Assembly: GCF_009914755.1 (NCBI RefSeq)
Contig: NC_060947.1
Reading direction: 5' to 3' (one strand)
From: the human T2T-CHM13v2.0 reference genome, Homo sapiens
Length of the DNA: 64,000 bases
Positions 42,321-58,105 of this stretch are shown piece by piece. Position numbers and translations under genes: made by a program. The number at the start of each line of letters is the position of its first letter. The stretch's first letter is position 1. Under the pieces are notes generated by a model. It was not told the DNA's origin. It saw only the letters and a list, made by a program, of their open reading frames with translations, and ran no database searches.

Positions 42321-45300
42321 TGAAGTTTTTTTTTAAAATAATATTTTAACTACTTTTTGTAGTATAACCCTTCTTTCTCTAGATTCACCATATTTAGTTA
42401 CCCTCTAGCATTTACTACCTGTGGTTATATTTATTAAACCTAACAATAAATAAAGCAGAATCTTTTAAAACCAATAAACTGCTTTGTAGACATTGGCATT
42501 ACTACTACCCTATCTAACAAATTAAAAGATTGAGGACACTCAAATGCCATATGGGCATAGAGTAGCACCAGTGTAGAGCGATTATCCATAGCTAGGTTAT
42601 GTTCCTGAAATGGCTCTGCTTCCACCCAAAGCCTCCAGGATATTTCTACAGGCATAGTAAAACATAGGGAGCAAGGCTGCAATCATGGCAAAAGTCTATG
42701 GAAAATTTGTATGCTTTGTGGTTTAGTTTACAAACTCATTCTCTTTTTTCAGCCGTTCCAAACCTTTATGCTTTTGAGATTATGGGACCCCCTTTTATTT
42801 ATGTTTATGTTCCCATATTTATTCAATAAGTAAGACAGAGGCTTCAGTTCCATCAGGATCCTTCAGATAACTAAAGTAAACCTAAATATGAAGTGGACCT
42901 TTCCTCTCCCTGCCCTCTCTGGCAGAAGTAAGCCATAGTGACTTTCTTAAACATAATCCACCAACTGATCACCCTCCAGTGATATACACTGGGTTAATTT
43001 CACTCAGAGAGTGTTCTGTCCCCAAATGACTTTGCCATGTTTACCTTTTACTTAATTCCTTTTGTACACCAGAAGACTGGTGTACTAAGAGATTGTGTCT
43101 ACCTAATTAACTTTACAATTATGAAAACCAGTCAGTTTCAAAGCTGGAATACTCAGTGAGGTATGCTCTCATGTTTACCTTCTCTAAATATGAAAGTTTT
43201 AGATAAATAGATTAAAGTAATGCTATTTATGCCAATTGTCTTCATCTATAAGACAGTGGGATTGGAAGGATACTTAGTATTCTGGGTTTTTTACATGGGC
43301 CTGCAATCTTCTCCTTTACGTGTCTTTCATTGCTACTTCAAAAGGTAATGACATATACATAATTTAAAGCTTGATTTTTGACATCATTTTTCTACAGGAG
43401 CATTGTACCCTGGAATGCCAGTTCCTTGATGAAGAGATTGGATTTTTTTGACTGAATTCTATATACTTCTCCAAGTACCTGGTATTTAGCGGCCTCTCAG
43501 CTATTACTAATACTTGTTTGGTCCTGGAGATGTTTAATAATTACCTGTTGCTTTATCTTGAGGATAGCAGTCAAGTAGAATGAAGACTGCTGAGGTGAAA
43601 AACAGACACACAAAAGCCTAAATAGCCGAGAGTCCTCAGTTCACTGGAGGCTCCAGATATCTTCACAATTGTAAAGACAGAAACAAAAAATTTGAAAAAT
43701 ACCAAAAGGAAAAATAAGTGCAAACCAAAACAGGGAATGACAAAGGAAGCCATCTGAAGATGCCTTCATCATCTGAACATTTCTCAGTTGCTATTTTACT
43801 TTTTAAAAGTAGACTGTTATTTAAGAGTCAATTGCATTTATCTGTGCCTCATCTCCCCTATTTATTATGTCTCCTCAAGGCATTGGACAATGTTAACCAC
43901 ATTCCTTTTAACTCCCCAGAACATTGAGTCTTATGCATCAAGTGAGAGCAATTTATAAGCCCTTCGTTATGTTTTCCCGGAAACTAGATGAAAGTGTTTT
44001 AAGTAAGGAGAAATCACTTAAAATGGTAAGCTTGTCTATTTCTCTGCATGGTTGAGGACGTCCAGCTGCTCTGGGCTGCAGTTTGTGTCCTGCCATCCCT
44101 GCAAAACTTCTGCCTGATATCTGCCTTCACCACCACCCAACCCAAAGCAACTCTGATTCTGGCAAGCTGACCTCTCTTTTTTCAGGGCAATTTATCTCTC
44201 CCTGTGCCCTGGGAGAGGCCAGACAACAGTCCTGAGAGACGCTGCCAGCAAGTTGTTTATGCCAGGAGAGTGTTGCCCTACCTGTGGCCTCACTGCAGAG
44301 CCCTCTATGGAGAGGGGATGTATCTGATTCTGATGTTCTTTTACAAATCAAATTTCTGCATTTTAATTTTTGTACCTCTTCTCAGACGCTGCATTGTATG
44401 ATAGAATATTTATTTTATTATTAAAAATGGTGAATTAACTAGCACATTGCTTTTTCTATCTTAATAACGACTATCTTAATTCTGTAAAATTATAATGTAA
44501 GTCTTGAGTAAAGTAGTCATTGCAGTATTTTATAATCCTAGTCATATACCAGAGCTTTCTCAAGGGGAAAAGTATTATAGTTATCTCTTCAATATTTGCT
44601 TGTGTGAAACAGTTATTAACACCGTTTATAGCTAACCCTGTCTGTAGTGACTGTTTTGAGAACCCTAAATCTCTAATTTAAAGGCCCAAGATTTTATCAG
44701 TTTGTATGGAACCTGTGTTTGCTCCTCAGTCCTGGTTTCCTAATAAACTTATGAAGATATTTGTGATGGATTTCTGAAGATTTCGAGTACATGTGAGGGG
44801 ATTCAGTACAAATTACAGGGATTCAACACATTGACAGCAGGAAAAATGTAATGAATTGTTAGGTGGGGAATGATGTAAAGTGAAGTAATCTGAATAAAAG
44901 CCTATATTATATTTGTTAGCTGACTTAGTTTATCTTTGTTGTCACTGAGGAAGCATAATTTTTTATCTTCAGTAATAGTGTAAGTTATTGTACAAAGCCT
45001 AAAAATTAGTATTCTCTTTGTAAACAAAAGAGTATCTGAGACAAGTCTCAATCATTTTAGAAGTTTATTTTGCCAAAATTAAGGACACGCCCGTGACAAA
45101 GCCTCAGGAGGTCCTGAAAATATGGGCACAAGGTGGTTGAGCTACAACTGGTTTTATACATTTTAGGGAGACATAAAACATCAATACACATAACCTGTGC
45201 ATTGGTTCTTTCTGAAAAGGCAGGACAACTAAAAGTGGGGGCTTCCAGGTCATAGACAGATTCAAAGATTTTCTGATTGGCAATTGGTTGAAAGAGTTAT

Positions 45301-45395
45301 TACCTAAAGACCTGGAATAAATAGAAAGGAATCTGGGTTATAATAAGGGGTTGTGGAGACCAAGGTTTTATCATGTAGATTAAGCCCCCAGGTAG

Positions 45396-45789
<394 letters not shown>

Positions 45790-48700
45790 TGATGTGAATG
45801 CTGATCAGCTGTGAGGCATGTCTGACACTTCTCCCTCACTTTTCATTATGGCTGAAACTAGTTTTTCAGGTTAACTTTGGAATGCTCTTAACCAAGAAGT
45901 GGTTCTGTTCAGATGGTTGAGGGGCTTAGAATTTTATTTTTGGTTGATATTCTCCCCCTTCTGGCCAAGATTTGCCAGAAGCGACACTGATGGCCACCAA
46001 ACCTCTATTTTGTTCCATAGTATTACTAAGGTGGCATGGCTGCCTGGCCCAGGTCCATCTTCTCCCTCAGTGGGACCCCTAGGGCCAAGGCACTTAGAGC
46101 CAAAATATTTACAGCCAATTTAAATGTTCTAGGCCAAACAGGAATGGACATCAACAGGCATTTATTAACCCTTAAAATTTTGTATATAATATAAAAGTCA
46201 CCAAACAAAAAGCCAAAGGTGAGGTTACAAAACTGACTTACCTACTTTTAACTTCTATATGGCGAGCTACTGTGATCTTCGTTTTAGTTACAGGCATATA
46301 ACAATTAGCTATACAATACATAAGCCTTGTTAAAACCTTTTCGGCTAAGGAGTTTAGAGACTAGTTGTGCCATAATGCTTTTTGCCCTCTTTTAGCAATT
46401 TGTCCTAAGGTGCTGATAAATTTTTAAGTATATATCTATCTGCATAAATATCATAACTGGAACTATTATACCCAGGAGGCTTCATGACGGATATCTTTAT
46501 ATCCTCTCAGTAATAATTTTCTTTTAATTCTACAGAAAGCAGAAAATTCTTTATGGTTGTGATGGATGAAATGGTACCATGCATGTAATTATCCAGAAGG
46601 AAAAGTCCCTTATTTTGCCAGCTGTTTAGGCATCCATATACCCATCCTTGATTTGCAGGGTCTGAACTAATTCTATTCCTCAAAACTGGCCCTTATAATC
46701 TCATACACCCACTTCTTCTGTGATAGTCCCTGGGCCTAGAGGAAAGTTGCTTGTATAGGTTTAGCAGCAGGACATTTGCAACGAAAAACTGACTGGACCC
46801 AGTGGGATTCAAAATGACAAAGATTTGCAGGCTTTTTCAAATCATCTCTAGTCTTCTGAATACATGATTCTGATTTTCTCAGAATAAGTAAAACTACAAG
46901 AGATAAATAACAACAGTTTGACAATAGAAAGAGAATGTGCGTGTCAGAACAGAAAAAGGAACCTATTCCATTAGGGTGCCAACTAAAGACATGAAGAAAA
47001 TTATAACCTGATACTCTTTAGAATATTATTGTAGCCCAGAAATAATTCATGATTCAATTTTCACTAAAAAACATAAGTCAAGGCTGTAGTCAAGTAAAAG
47101 GTGTTATAGTTTTCCTTTCAAACAATTTCTCTCCTCTAGTACTCCTTTTCTACTAAGGAGAAATTACAGTAAGACCAATTTGTGTGTGAAGTAAGTTTTA
47201 GGCTTATTATACTTGGCCTGATTATTTACATAAAGGGCAGCAAGAATTGTTTGACCATATAGGCTCTTTTCAAGTTGGCTTTGCTGAACTTTACCTAAAA
47301 ATATGTTATTCTAGTCAAAGCCTTGGAAAAATAACCAGTGTCTCCAACTGCCTTATTTTTTTTTTAAAGACTCTTAGTAAACTTATGCAAATAACTATAT
47401 TGTTATAAAATCAGACTATGCATGAACAGTTTCCAAATTTTGGAGACCTCAGATAGAGAGAAAGGTAAATTTGCTCACAAAAACATACTTTACCCAATTG
47501 CTCTAAACTATAAATAACTAATAAATACATAAATAAATAAATAAAACTATTTTCATGACTCTCTTTAACCAAATCAGCAGGCTTTCAAACAAAATGTTGT
47601 TTGTTCACCTTGGAACTGCCATTCACAAGCCAAGCAGCTCTTGTCAGATGAGAGCTGTTTATCTGGCACTGAAAAATCTAGCAGCTCTTCACACTGTTAG
47701 AGCCAGTCCTAAGGGAAAAAGAGGTTCCCTGCTAATGAATATCTCCTCCTTGCATCCCCAGATAGCATGATCCTATAAAAACCACATTCATTTTATCATG
47801 GAAATCTTTGGGGCATTATTGTTTTCATTAGCATAGGGGTAGCTTTAGTTAGCATTCCATAGCAAGGCAGTAAATGTACCTTAAGTGGAAATTCTCTAGT
47901 CCAAACTTCCAGTAGTTGTCACTGGAAAGTGCTCACAGGCATTTGCCATAAGCCCCAATAAACACTCCACAGAGAGCTATCAAATGAAGGATTTGTCCTG
48001 ACCAGCACTCTAGCTTCCACCCTATATTCTGTAGGCTCAGGCAATCTTACTAGTTCCCATTTAGTGTGTCCAATGAACATTTCTCAAAGGTCAGATTTAC
48101 ATGCCTTCAGTTTTATAGTACTAGATAGGGAAAACATCCCCTAGTGAGATACAATTCCCATTTTCATAGGAAATTTAGGTAAAGGAGTCACAACTACCTT
48201 ACAGAAAGCCTGTTTAAACATCTCAGATTTCATAATCCTATCAATCTTTACATTTTTATGTTCTGGTCCCAGGAACTTTTCTTCTCTACTACCAGACCAT
48301 TTTACCATTTCTGGTGGAAAAGGATTTGGGTTCCCAGAATGGAGTTGAGCCAAGATACTCAAGCCGTTTTGTCAATCTTTACCTTAACACACCTCGACAT
48401 TGCCCCAGGTAATGTTAGCTTGCTCATTATACCTTTTCCCTTTTGTTTTCTTAAATTCCTCCAACCTGGGACAACCGTAGGAAAGTGATGTGGGAACTTT
48501 TAATGTAGGGGGACCCAGCAGGGGCTTCGTTTCACCCAACCTTTGATAGTGTTGTAAAGACGTTTGCTTTAACTCCATCAATTTTCATTTCATTTCATTT
48601 CTTAATAAACATTTAATGATTTTCACCATTCTGGGATGAGTCCTTTGACTCCCTTTTGCCTTTCCCTTTTTTGTTGTTGTTAATTACTGTAATGTTCTAT

Positions 48701-49441
48701 TAGCATCTGTAAGACCCGTGAAGGACAGCAAATTTGATAGGGCTTCTCAAACAGTTGTTTGATTCTGCAGGAGTAATGTCATCCAGGGTGCCCATATAGA
48801 AGGGGCCCCCTTAACCACAACTTTTACCATGACCTGGATAATAGGCATATACAGTGGAGACATATCTTGGTTATCATAAAGCCAGTCCTACATGGCTTGC
48901 ACATAAGGAATATCAGCTGCTTCATCTGGGATGCTCCACTTGGTATTTTATAGAGAGAGTTGGGAAATCCCCTTCTCAGGGTAAAGAGACCTTACAGTGG
49001 CATTCATCCATTCCACTGGGCTGCTTGTTCTCTCACAAATAAACTGCTCTTCATCTGGATCACATATAACCATCAGTGATTGTCTAATAGTAAGCTATGG
49101 GTTCTGTAACAACCCAAACATGCTCTTTCATTCTGTAGCATTTAAAATATAAGATACTGCCCTTAAAGTAGTTATTTTTACATTCTGTTATAGTAAAGGG
49201 TTCTCAGGAAGTGGATGACACAAATCTACAAAATGGAACAATTTCTTTACATTATACTCTATGGTTGGTTTTGCCCTTCCCTCACATTGACTATCTTCTT
49301 GGTAACCACAGGTTTTAGAGTTAGTTTCTGTTGCCCTGCGTAATTCTGCCCTTGGGGTGCAGCTTTCAGGCTGGTGGCATAAACTCAGATTGACTTAAAT
49401 CTGAGCTCTGTCTAGCATCAAGGTCCAACTCAGCACTATTC

Positions 49442-49738
<297 letters not shown>

Positions 49739-49842
49739 TCAGCATTATTCTTTAATTTCATTTTACGTTGTACAGGTAACAATAACCGAGGAATCAAAGG
49801 TTTCTAATTTCCCACCTTTTAATTTTCTCTTTATTCATTTAG

Positions 49843-50310
<468 letters not shown>

Positions 50311-51769
50311 CTAGAAAAATAAACCCTAGCCTCTAAACTAGCAAAAACCACATTCTTGTGTTTTATAAACTTCACCAAAATTACTTTTTACTCTCCTATT
50401 TTATCTCTTAGTAAACCAGATTCCCAGTGCAAAAAATTGAGGATTACTTAATTTAACATAACATGACTTAAAGATTTTAAACTACTGGAGAGAATTTTAA
50501 GATTAAATTTACCAAATTAATCTTACCAAATATTACTAAAGTCATGTGAACTAAAAGGCATCAGGGCTAGTTTTTATTAGTCTGATAAGCACTTACTTTT
50601 CTTTAAGCCAATTGATTAAAGCTCTTTCATATGGTTTGGTAGTGAAATATCACTTTCACATGATACATATAAAACATACAGACATAACAGACGTATAGAC
50701 AAAGGCAGATCTTATAACATTTTTTATATCCCTGTTTTCAAAAATTCCCTCCCTTACTTTAGACTATTAATTAAAAAAAAAAAAAGCATTACAGGAGCCA
50801 ATAGAAGTTGAAGGAGTGATTTACCATCCCAGGCCTTCTCAAAAGGGAGAGCTGAAGCAGCAAGGTACAGCAGAAGTTGAACTTCTAAGATATCAATCTA
50901 AAGAATTTAGAAAAATAACAAATTAAAGAATTTTGAAATTAAAAACATCTTTCATTAAAATTAAGTCAGGCCAGGTGTGGGCTCACACGTAATCCCGGCA
51001 CACAAGCAAATATCATTCTGTTTGGGGTATGTTTATGGTTTTATAACCCTTATGCCAAATTTTGATACTGAATAGTATTTGGCAAGCATAAGTATGAAAC
51101 TGCTTCATCAATAAATACAGCCAAAAATGTTGACAATTCTTAAGACATTTCTAATATTACTTTACCAATAATATTATATTTGGCTTATTTATAGAAAATT
51201 TTACTTAAGTCACATGAACTTGAAAAGCATTTGGGATTACTACTTACTTAATTTATGAATACTCCTTAACTTTAATCCAATTTGGTACCTTGTGGCCACA
51301 ACACATAACAAAATACATGCATGTATACATAAACACACACATACACACTCATACAAGGATCTCATAGATTTTACTTCAGAACTATAGCCATTATATGTTA
51401 ATACAAACTCATTGCTTTGCAAAAACAAAAAATAAACAAAAAGAAAACAGTTGGATCCAAACAGTGGTTTTTACCTCAGTAGAAAACTAACAACAGATTT
51501 ATAGCAGGCAGAAAAAAAAAAAAAACAGAGAAATAGAGAACTTAGGAACTCTATAGTTGCAGGTTGACCTTTGGGCTTTGAATTTTTCCTGGATGTAATT
51601 TGCTCATCAGTTTAAAATGTGTACAGCAGACCATAATATGTAACCAAGTGGAGTACTAAAAAACCTGGAATGCCCTCAAACTTTTCCATTTTACCCACAC
51701 ACTTGCAAGTAGAGGCACCATAAAACCAATGGGTTATCAAAAAGAGGATCATTCTCCTTCTCTTTCTTC

Positions 51770-52082
51770 ATTTTTATGTATTTATGTATGTATTAATTTT
51801 GAGGTGGAGTCTTGCTCTGTCACCCAGGCTGGAGTGCAGTGGCATGATCTGGGCTCACTGCAGCCTCTGCCTTTTGGGCTCAAGTGATTCTCCTTCCTCA
51901 GCCTCCTGAGTAGCTGGGACTCCAAGCATGCACCACCACGCCCGGCTAATTTTTGTATATTTAGTAGAAATGGGGTTTCACCATGTTGGCCAGGATTGTC
52001 TCGAACTCCTGACCTCAAGTGATCCGCCTGCCTCAGCCTTCCAAAGTGTTGGGATTACAGGTGTGAGCCACCATGCCCAGCC
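51770..52082 (-). mobile_element. AluS
   Basis: Antisense Alu; TSD tctttcttcatt. Confidence 0.92.
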
Positions 52083-52151
52083 TCTTTCTTCATTCTTAGA
52101 TTGTTTCTCACCTCTTTTTCTAAAAAAGAGGACCTGAGCTGTGGCCTAAGG

Positions 52152-52190
52152 GTGTGTGTGTGTGTGTGTGTCTGTGTGTGTTTGTGTGTA
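52152..52190. repeat. (TG)n microsatellite, imperfect
   Basis: Direct observation. Confidence 0.9.
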
Positions 52191-54667
52191 TTAATGTGTT
52201 CTGATTGTGAGTGGGACTCCACAGTGTTTCACCACTGAGTCATTTCTGCCCTCTTACATGACTCAGTTTCTCTCACCAGAGTTCTACCACCTCCAAGAGT
52301 GCTCAAAATGCCTAGTGATCAGCTCTTATATGCATTTTCTGGACAAGGCCTTTTCAAACCAATTTTGTTGGTTCCTTGTAGGGTCACTTCACATCGTTGG
52401 GGGGTCAACCCTCAGACACTCCCACTCAGCCCCCAGTCACCCAGGGGTGCCTTTTGGCTGGGAGGGGCTAAATCCCCTTTCTTTTTGAAGCCAAGTAGCT
52501 CAGTCTCCCATTTGTCTATGCAAATTACAGTTCAGTTCCTCATGCAAATGTGCAGACAAACCAACTGACCTTAATTTTGGGAGGAAAAAACAATGGAGAA
52601 GACTCTTTGAAATGCACCTCTGAACTAGAAACCAAATGGGATACCCAAAAGGGGGATGACTCTCTTTGTCTTTAGAAAAAGGCAATGGAGAAGACCTTTT
52701 AGAATGCACCTTCAAACTAGAATTAGGATGCTAAACAACAACTTACCAGGGGAAAATACTCAGCACAGACCCCTTCCTGAAAACCACCTTCAGCCATCCC
52801 CTAACTTTGTAGCTCTCACCTGCCATTACACACACCAAGGTCAAATTCTCTCGTAGTACAAGATAATCTCTGATACCCCCCAAACACAAAGAGGTCAGTT
52901 AATGCAATACAAGACTTAAGAATCTACTCATGACTCTTGCAACTCCACAAAGAAAGCTGAACACCACAAAAGGGGCATGAATGGCACCTTTATTCTGAGT
53001 TTTTTAAGGTGTCTGAGTCATTAGAAGCCCTCTCTAAATTTTTCACTTTGTCCTGAAGATGGCAAAATTGGAGGGAGGAATAGGGTGGAAGAAAAGTACT
53101 TGAAAGAACAATTTTTTTTAAGAAAGGAAGTGAATGGAGAAACCAAGTACATGTTTTGTTTTTGTTTTTATCCTACAGCTGTGAGGAATTTTAGCCAGTT
53201 CAGAAGACTTATTCCCCATAATTTGGAATTCTCATTTAGATTTGACCAAGATGGGTAGAGTTGACCAAATCCAATGGGAGAATAACCAAAACAAACAATG
53301 TGATTACTGAGTACTCTAATGGTAAGAAGTTAAAACCAGTTGGTTGTCACTTTTAACATTTAGTCATTAAGGAGAACTTTCAAGACAGAAAAACTGAACT
53401 AAGCTACTTATCTAGGAATGGGGCCCATGCATAAGACTGCTCTCTACTATTTTAGAAGCAGAAAAAACCTCAAACTCATCTTCCCTGTTGGAGGCAAGCT
53501 GAAACTCCAGAGGGAGTTGCCTGCTTTCCATTGTTATGGAATCAGGAAAACTCACCTTCCTTGTTGGAAAAAAGTACAACTCCAGAAAAGGAGTCATACA
53601 AAGTCTCAGATTTTAACAAAATTTTGGGAGACCAGAGATTCTCTGTAGGAGGGCCTCCAAGGCCAGTAGATTTTTCTATTGGTTTGAGCAATAATGATAG
53701 CTCAAACTGTTACCAAGCACGGATAGATTTGACAAAGGTCAGGGGAACCTCTACTCAGAGTTCCTTCATGGTTACCAATTGTTAAATTAAGAGTATCTGA
53801 GACAAGTCTCCATCAATTTAGAAGTTTATTTTGCCAAAGTTAAGGACATGCTCATGATACAGCCTCAGGAGGTCCTGACGACATGTGCACAAGGTGGTTG
53901 GGCTACAACTGGTTTTACACAATCTAGGGAGACATAAAACATCAATCAATACATGTAAAATGTACATTGGTTTTGTCTGGAAACGTGGGACAACTGGAAG
54001 TCTGGGCTTTCAGGTGACAGGTGGATTAAAAGATTGTCTGATTGGCAATTGGTTGAAAGAGTTATTATATAAACACCTGGAATCAACAGAAAGGAGTGTC
54101 TGCATTATAATAAGGGGTTGTGGAGACCAAGGTTTTATCATGTAGATGAAGCCCCCAGGTAGCACACTTCATGGAAAATAGATAGTAAATTTGTTTGATT
54201 AGACTTAAAGAGTCTGTTCTATCATTCTTAAGGTCTTTTGTTGATGTGCACGCTGGTCAGCTGTGAGGCATGTCTTACACACCTCCCTCACTTCCCATCA
54301 TGACCAAAACCAGTTTATCAGGTTAATTTTGGAATGCCTTCAACCAAGAAGAGGGGTCTGTTTAGATAGTTGGGGGGCTTAGAACTTTATTTTTGGTTTA
54401 CGCTTTTTATTTTATTTTTTAATTTGTTTGAGTACATAGTAGGTATACATATATATTTATGGGGTACATGAGATGTTTTCATATAGGCATTAAATGTAAA
54501 ATAAGCACAGCATGAAGAATGGGGCATCCATTTTCTCAAGCACTTATCTTTTGAGTTATAAACAATCCAATTACATTCATTAAGTTACTTTAAACTGTAC
54601 AATTAACTTATTATTGACTATAGTCACCCTGTTGTGTTATCAAATAGTAGGTTTTATCCATTTTTTT

Positions 54668-55055
54668 CTATTTTTTCTTTTAGACAAACAGTTTTATTTG
54701 AAAAACAGAAACAGCTGAGTCTCCCCCTTTCCACAGACCTGGCAGTGTTGGGCTCAGGTGTGGGAGGACCAGTTTCCTGCAGAGAGAAGACAGTTAGGGG
54801 TTGGAGGCCAGACCCAGGGGCTAGACCATGTGAGTGGCCACAATGGGGCAGAGGCCACAGTGCCCATCAGGGCCTGGGTTTCACAGCTGCACATGGGGCA
54901 GTGCACATTGAGCTGAGGCCCCTGGAGGCTCTGGGTGCCAAATCTCTCCCATGGCCATGGCCAAAGCCAGGGGTGATATTCAACCAATGCCAGTGACCCC
55001 AACCACTAGTGGGATGTGTGTGGCCAACACTGCTGGACCTACCCAGACAGAGAGA
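54668..55055 (-). pseudogene. 5'-truncated processed retrocopy of an unidentified GC-rich transcript 3' end
   Basis: GC-rich non-L1 insert; AATAAA (54693-54698, minus) ~10 nt before an A-rich tail; TSD ccatt(t/c)tttt at 54658-54667 and 55056-55065. Confidence 0.75.
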
Positions 55056-55299
55056 CCATTCTTTTATGTTTATCTTTTGGTACTCATTAACAATTCTCAC
55101 CCCCTGCTAGCCCCCCACTACACTTCCCAGCCTCTGGTAACCATTCTTCTACTCTGTATGTCCATGAAATCTATTTTTTTTAACTTTTAGATCCCACAAA
55201 TAAGTAAGAACATGTGAAGTTTGTCTTTATGCACCTGGCTTATTTCATTAACATAATCATATTCAGTTTCATCCATGCTGTTACAAATGACAGGATCTC

Positions 55300-57390
<2,091 letters not shown>

Positions 57391-57866
57391 TAGTACTCCA
57401 TTGTGTATATGTATCACATTTTCTTTATCCATTCATCTATTGGTGGACACTTAGGTTGCTTCGAAATCTTAGCTATTTAAAAAAGTGCTGCAACAAACGT
57501 AAGAATGCAGATGTCTCTTCAATATATATATTTATTTTTGGGGCAGGGGTATATACCCAGCAGTGGGGATGTTGGATCATATGGTACCTCAAGTTTTAGT
57601 TTTGAGGAATCTCCAAACTGTTCTTCATAGTGGTTGTACATTTACATTCCCACCAATTGTGTACAAGGGTTCCCTTTTCTCCACATCCTCGTGAGCATTT
57701 TCTATTGCCTGACTTTTGGATAAAAGCCATTTTATCTGGGGTAAGATGATATCTCATTGTAGTTTTGATTTGCATTTTTCTGATGATCCATGATGTTGAG
57801 CACATTTTCATGTCTGTTTGCCATTTGTATGTTTTCTTTGATAAATGTCTATTCAAATCTTTTGTC

Positions 57867-58105
57867 CTTTTTTTTTGAGACAGAATTCTACTACTGTCTC
57901 CCAGGCTGGAGTGCAATAGCATAATCTTGGCTCACTGAAACCTCCACCTCCCAGGCTCAAGCAATTCTCCTGCCTCAGCCTCCTGAGTAGCTGGGACTAC
58001 ATATGCGTGCCACCATGCCTGGCTAATTTTTGTATTTTTTGTAGAGAGGGGTCCCACTATGTTGCCCAGGCTGGTCTCAAACTCCTGTGCTCAAGTGACC
58101 TACCT
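57867..58105 (-). mobile_element. Alu, 5'-truncated
   Basis: Antisense Alu ending abruptly after ctcaagtgacc. Confidence 0.85.

Noticed and set aside
43560-43800. Lysine-rich stretch with a KVQTK-like word, suggesting an HMGN remnant (BRWD paralogs neighbour HMGN genes)
   Set aside because: No RRSARLS core in any frame I read; similarity is explained by A-rich composition
53760-53777. tRNA-like sequence
   Set aside because: Only an 18-nt retroviral primer-binding site, not a tRNA gene
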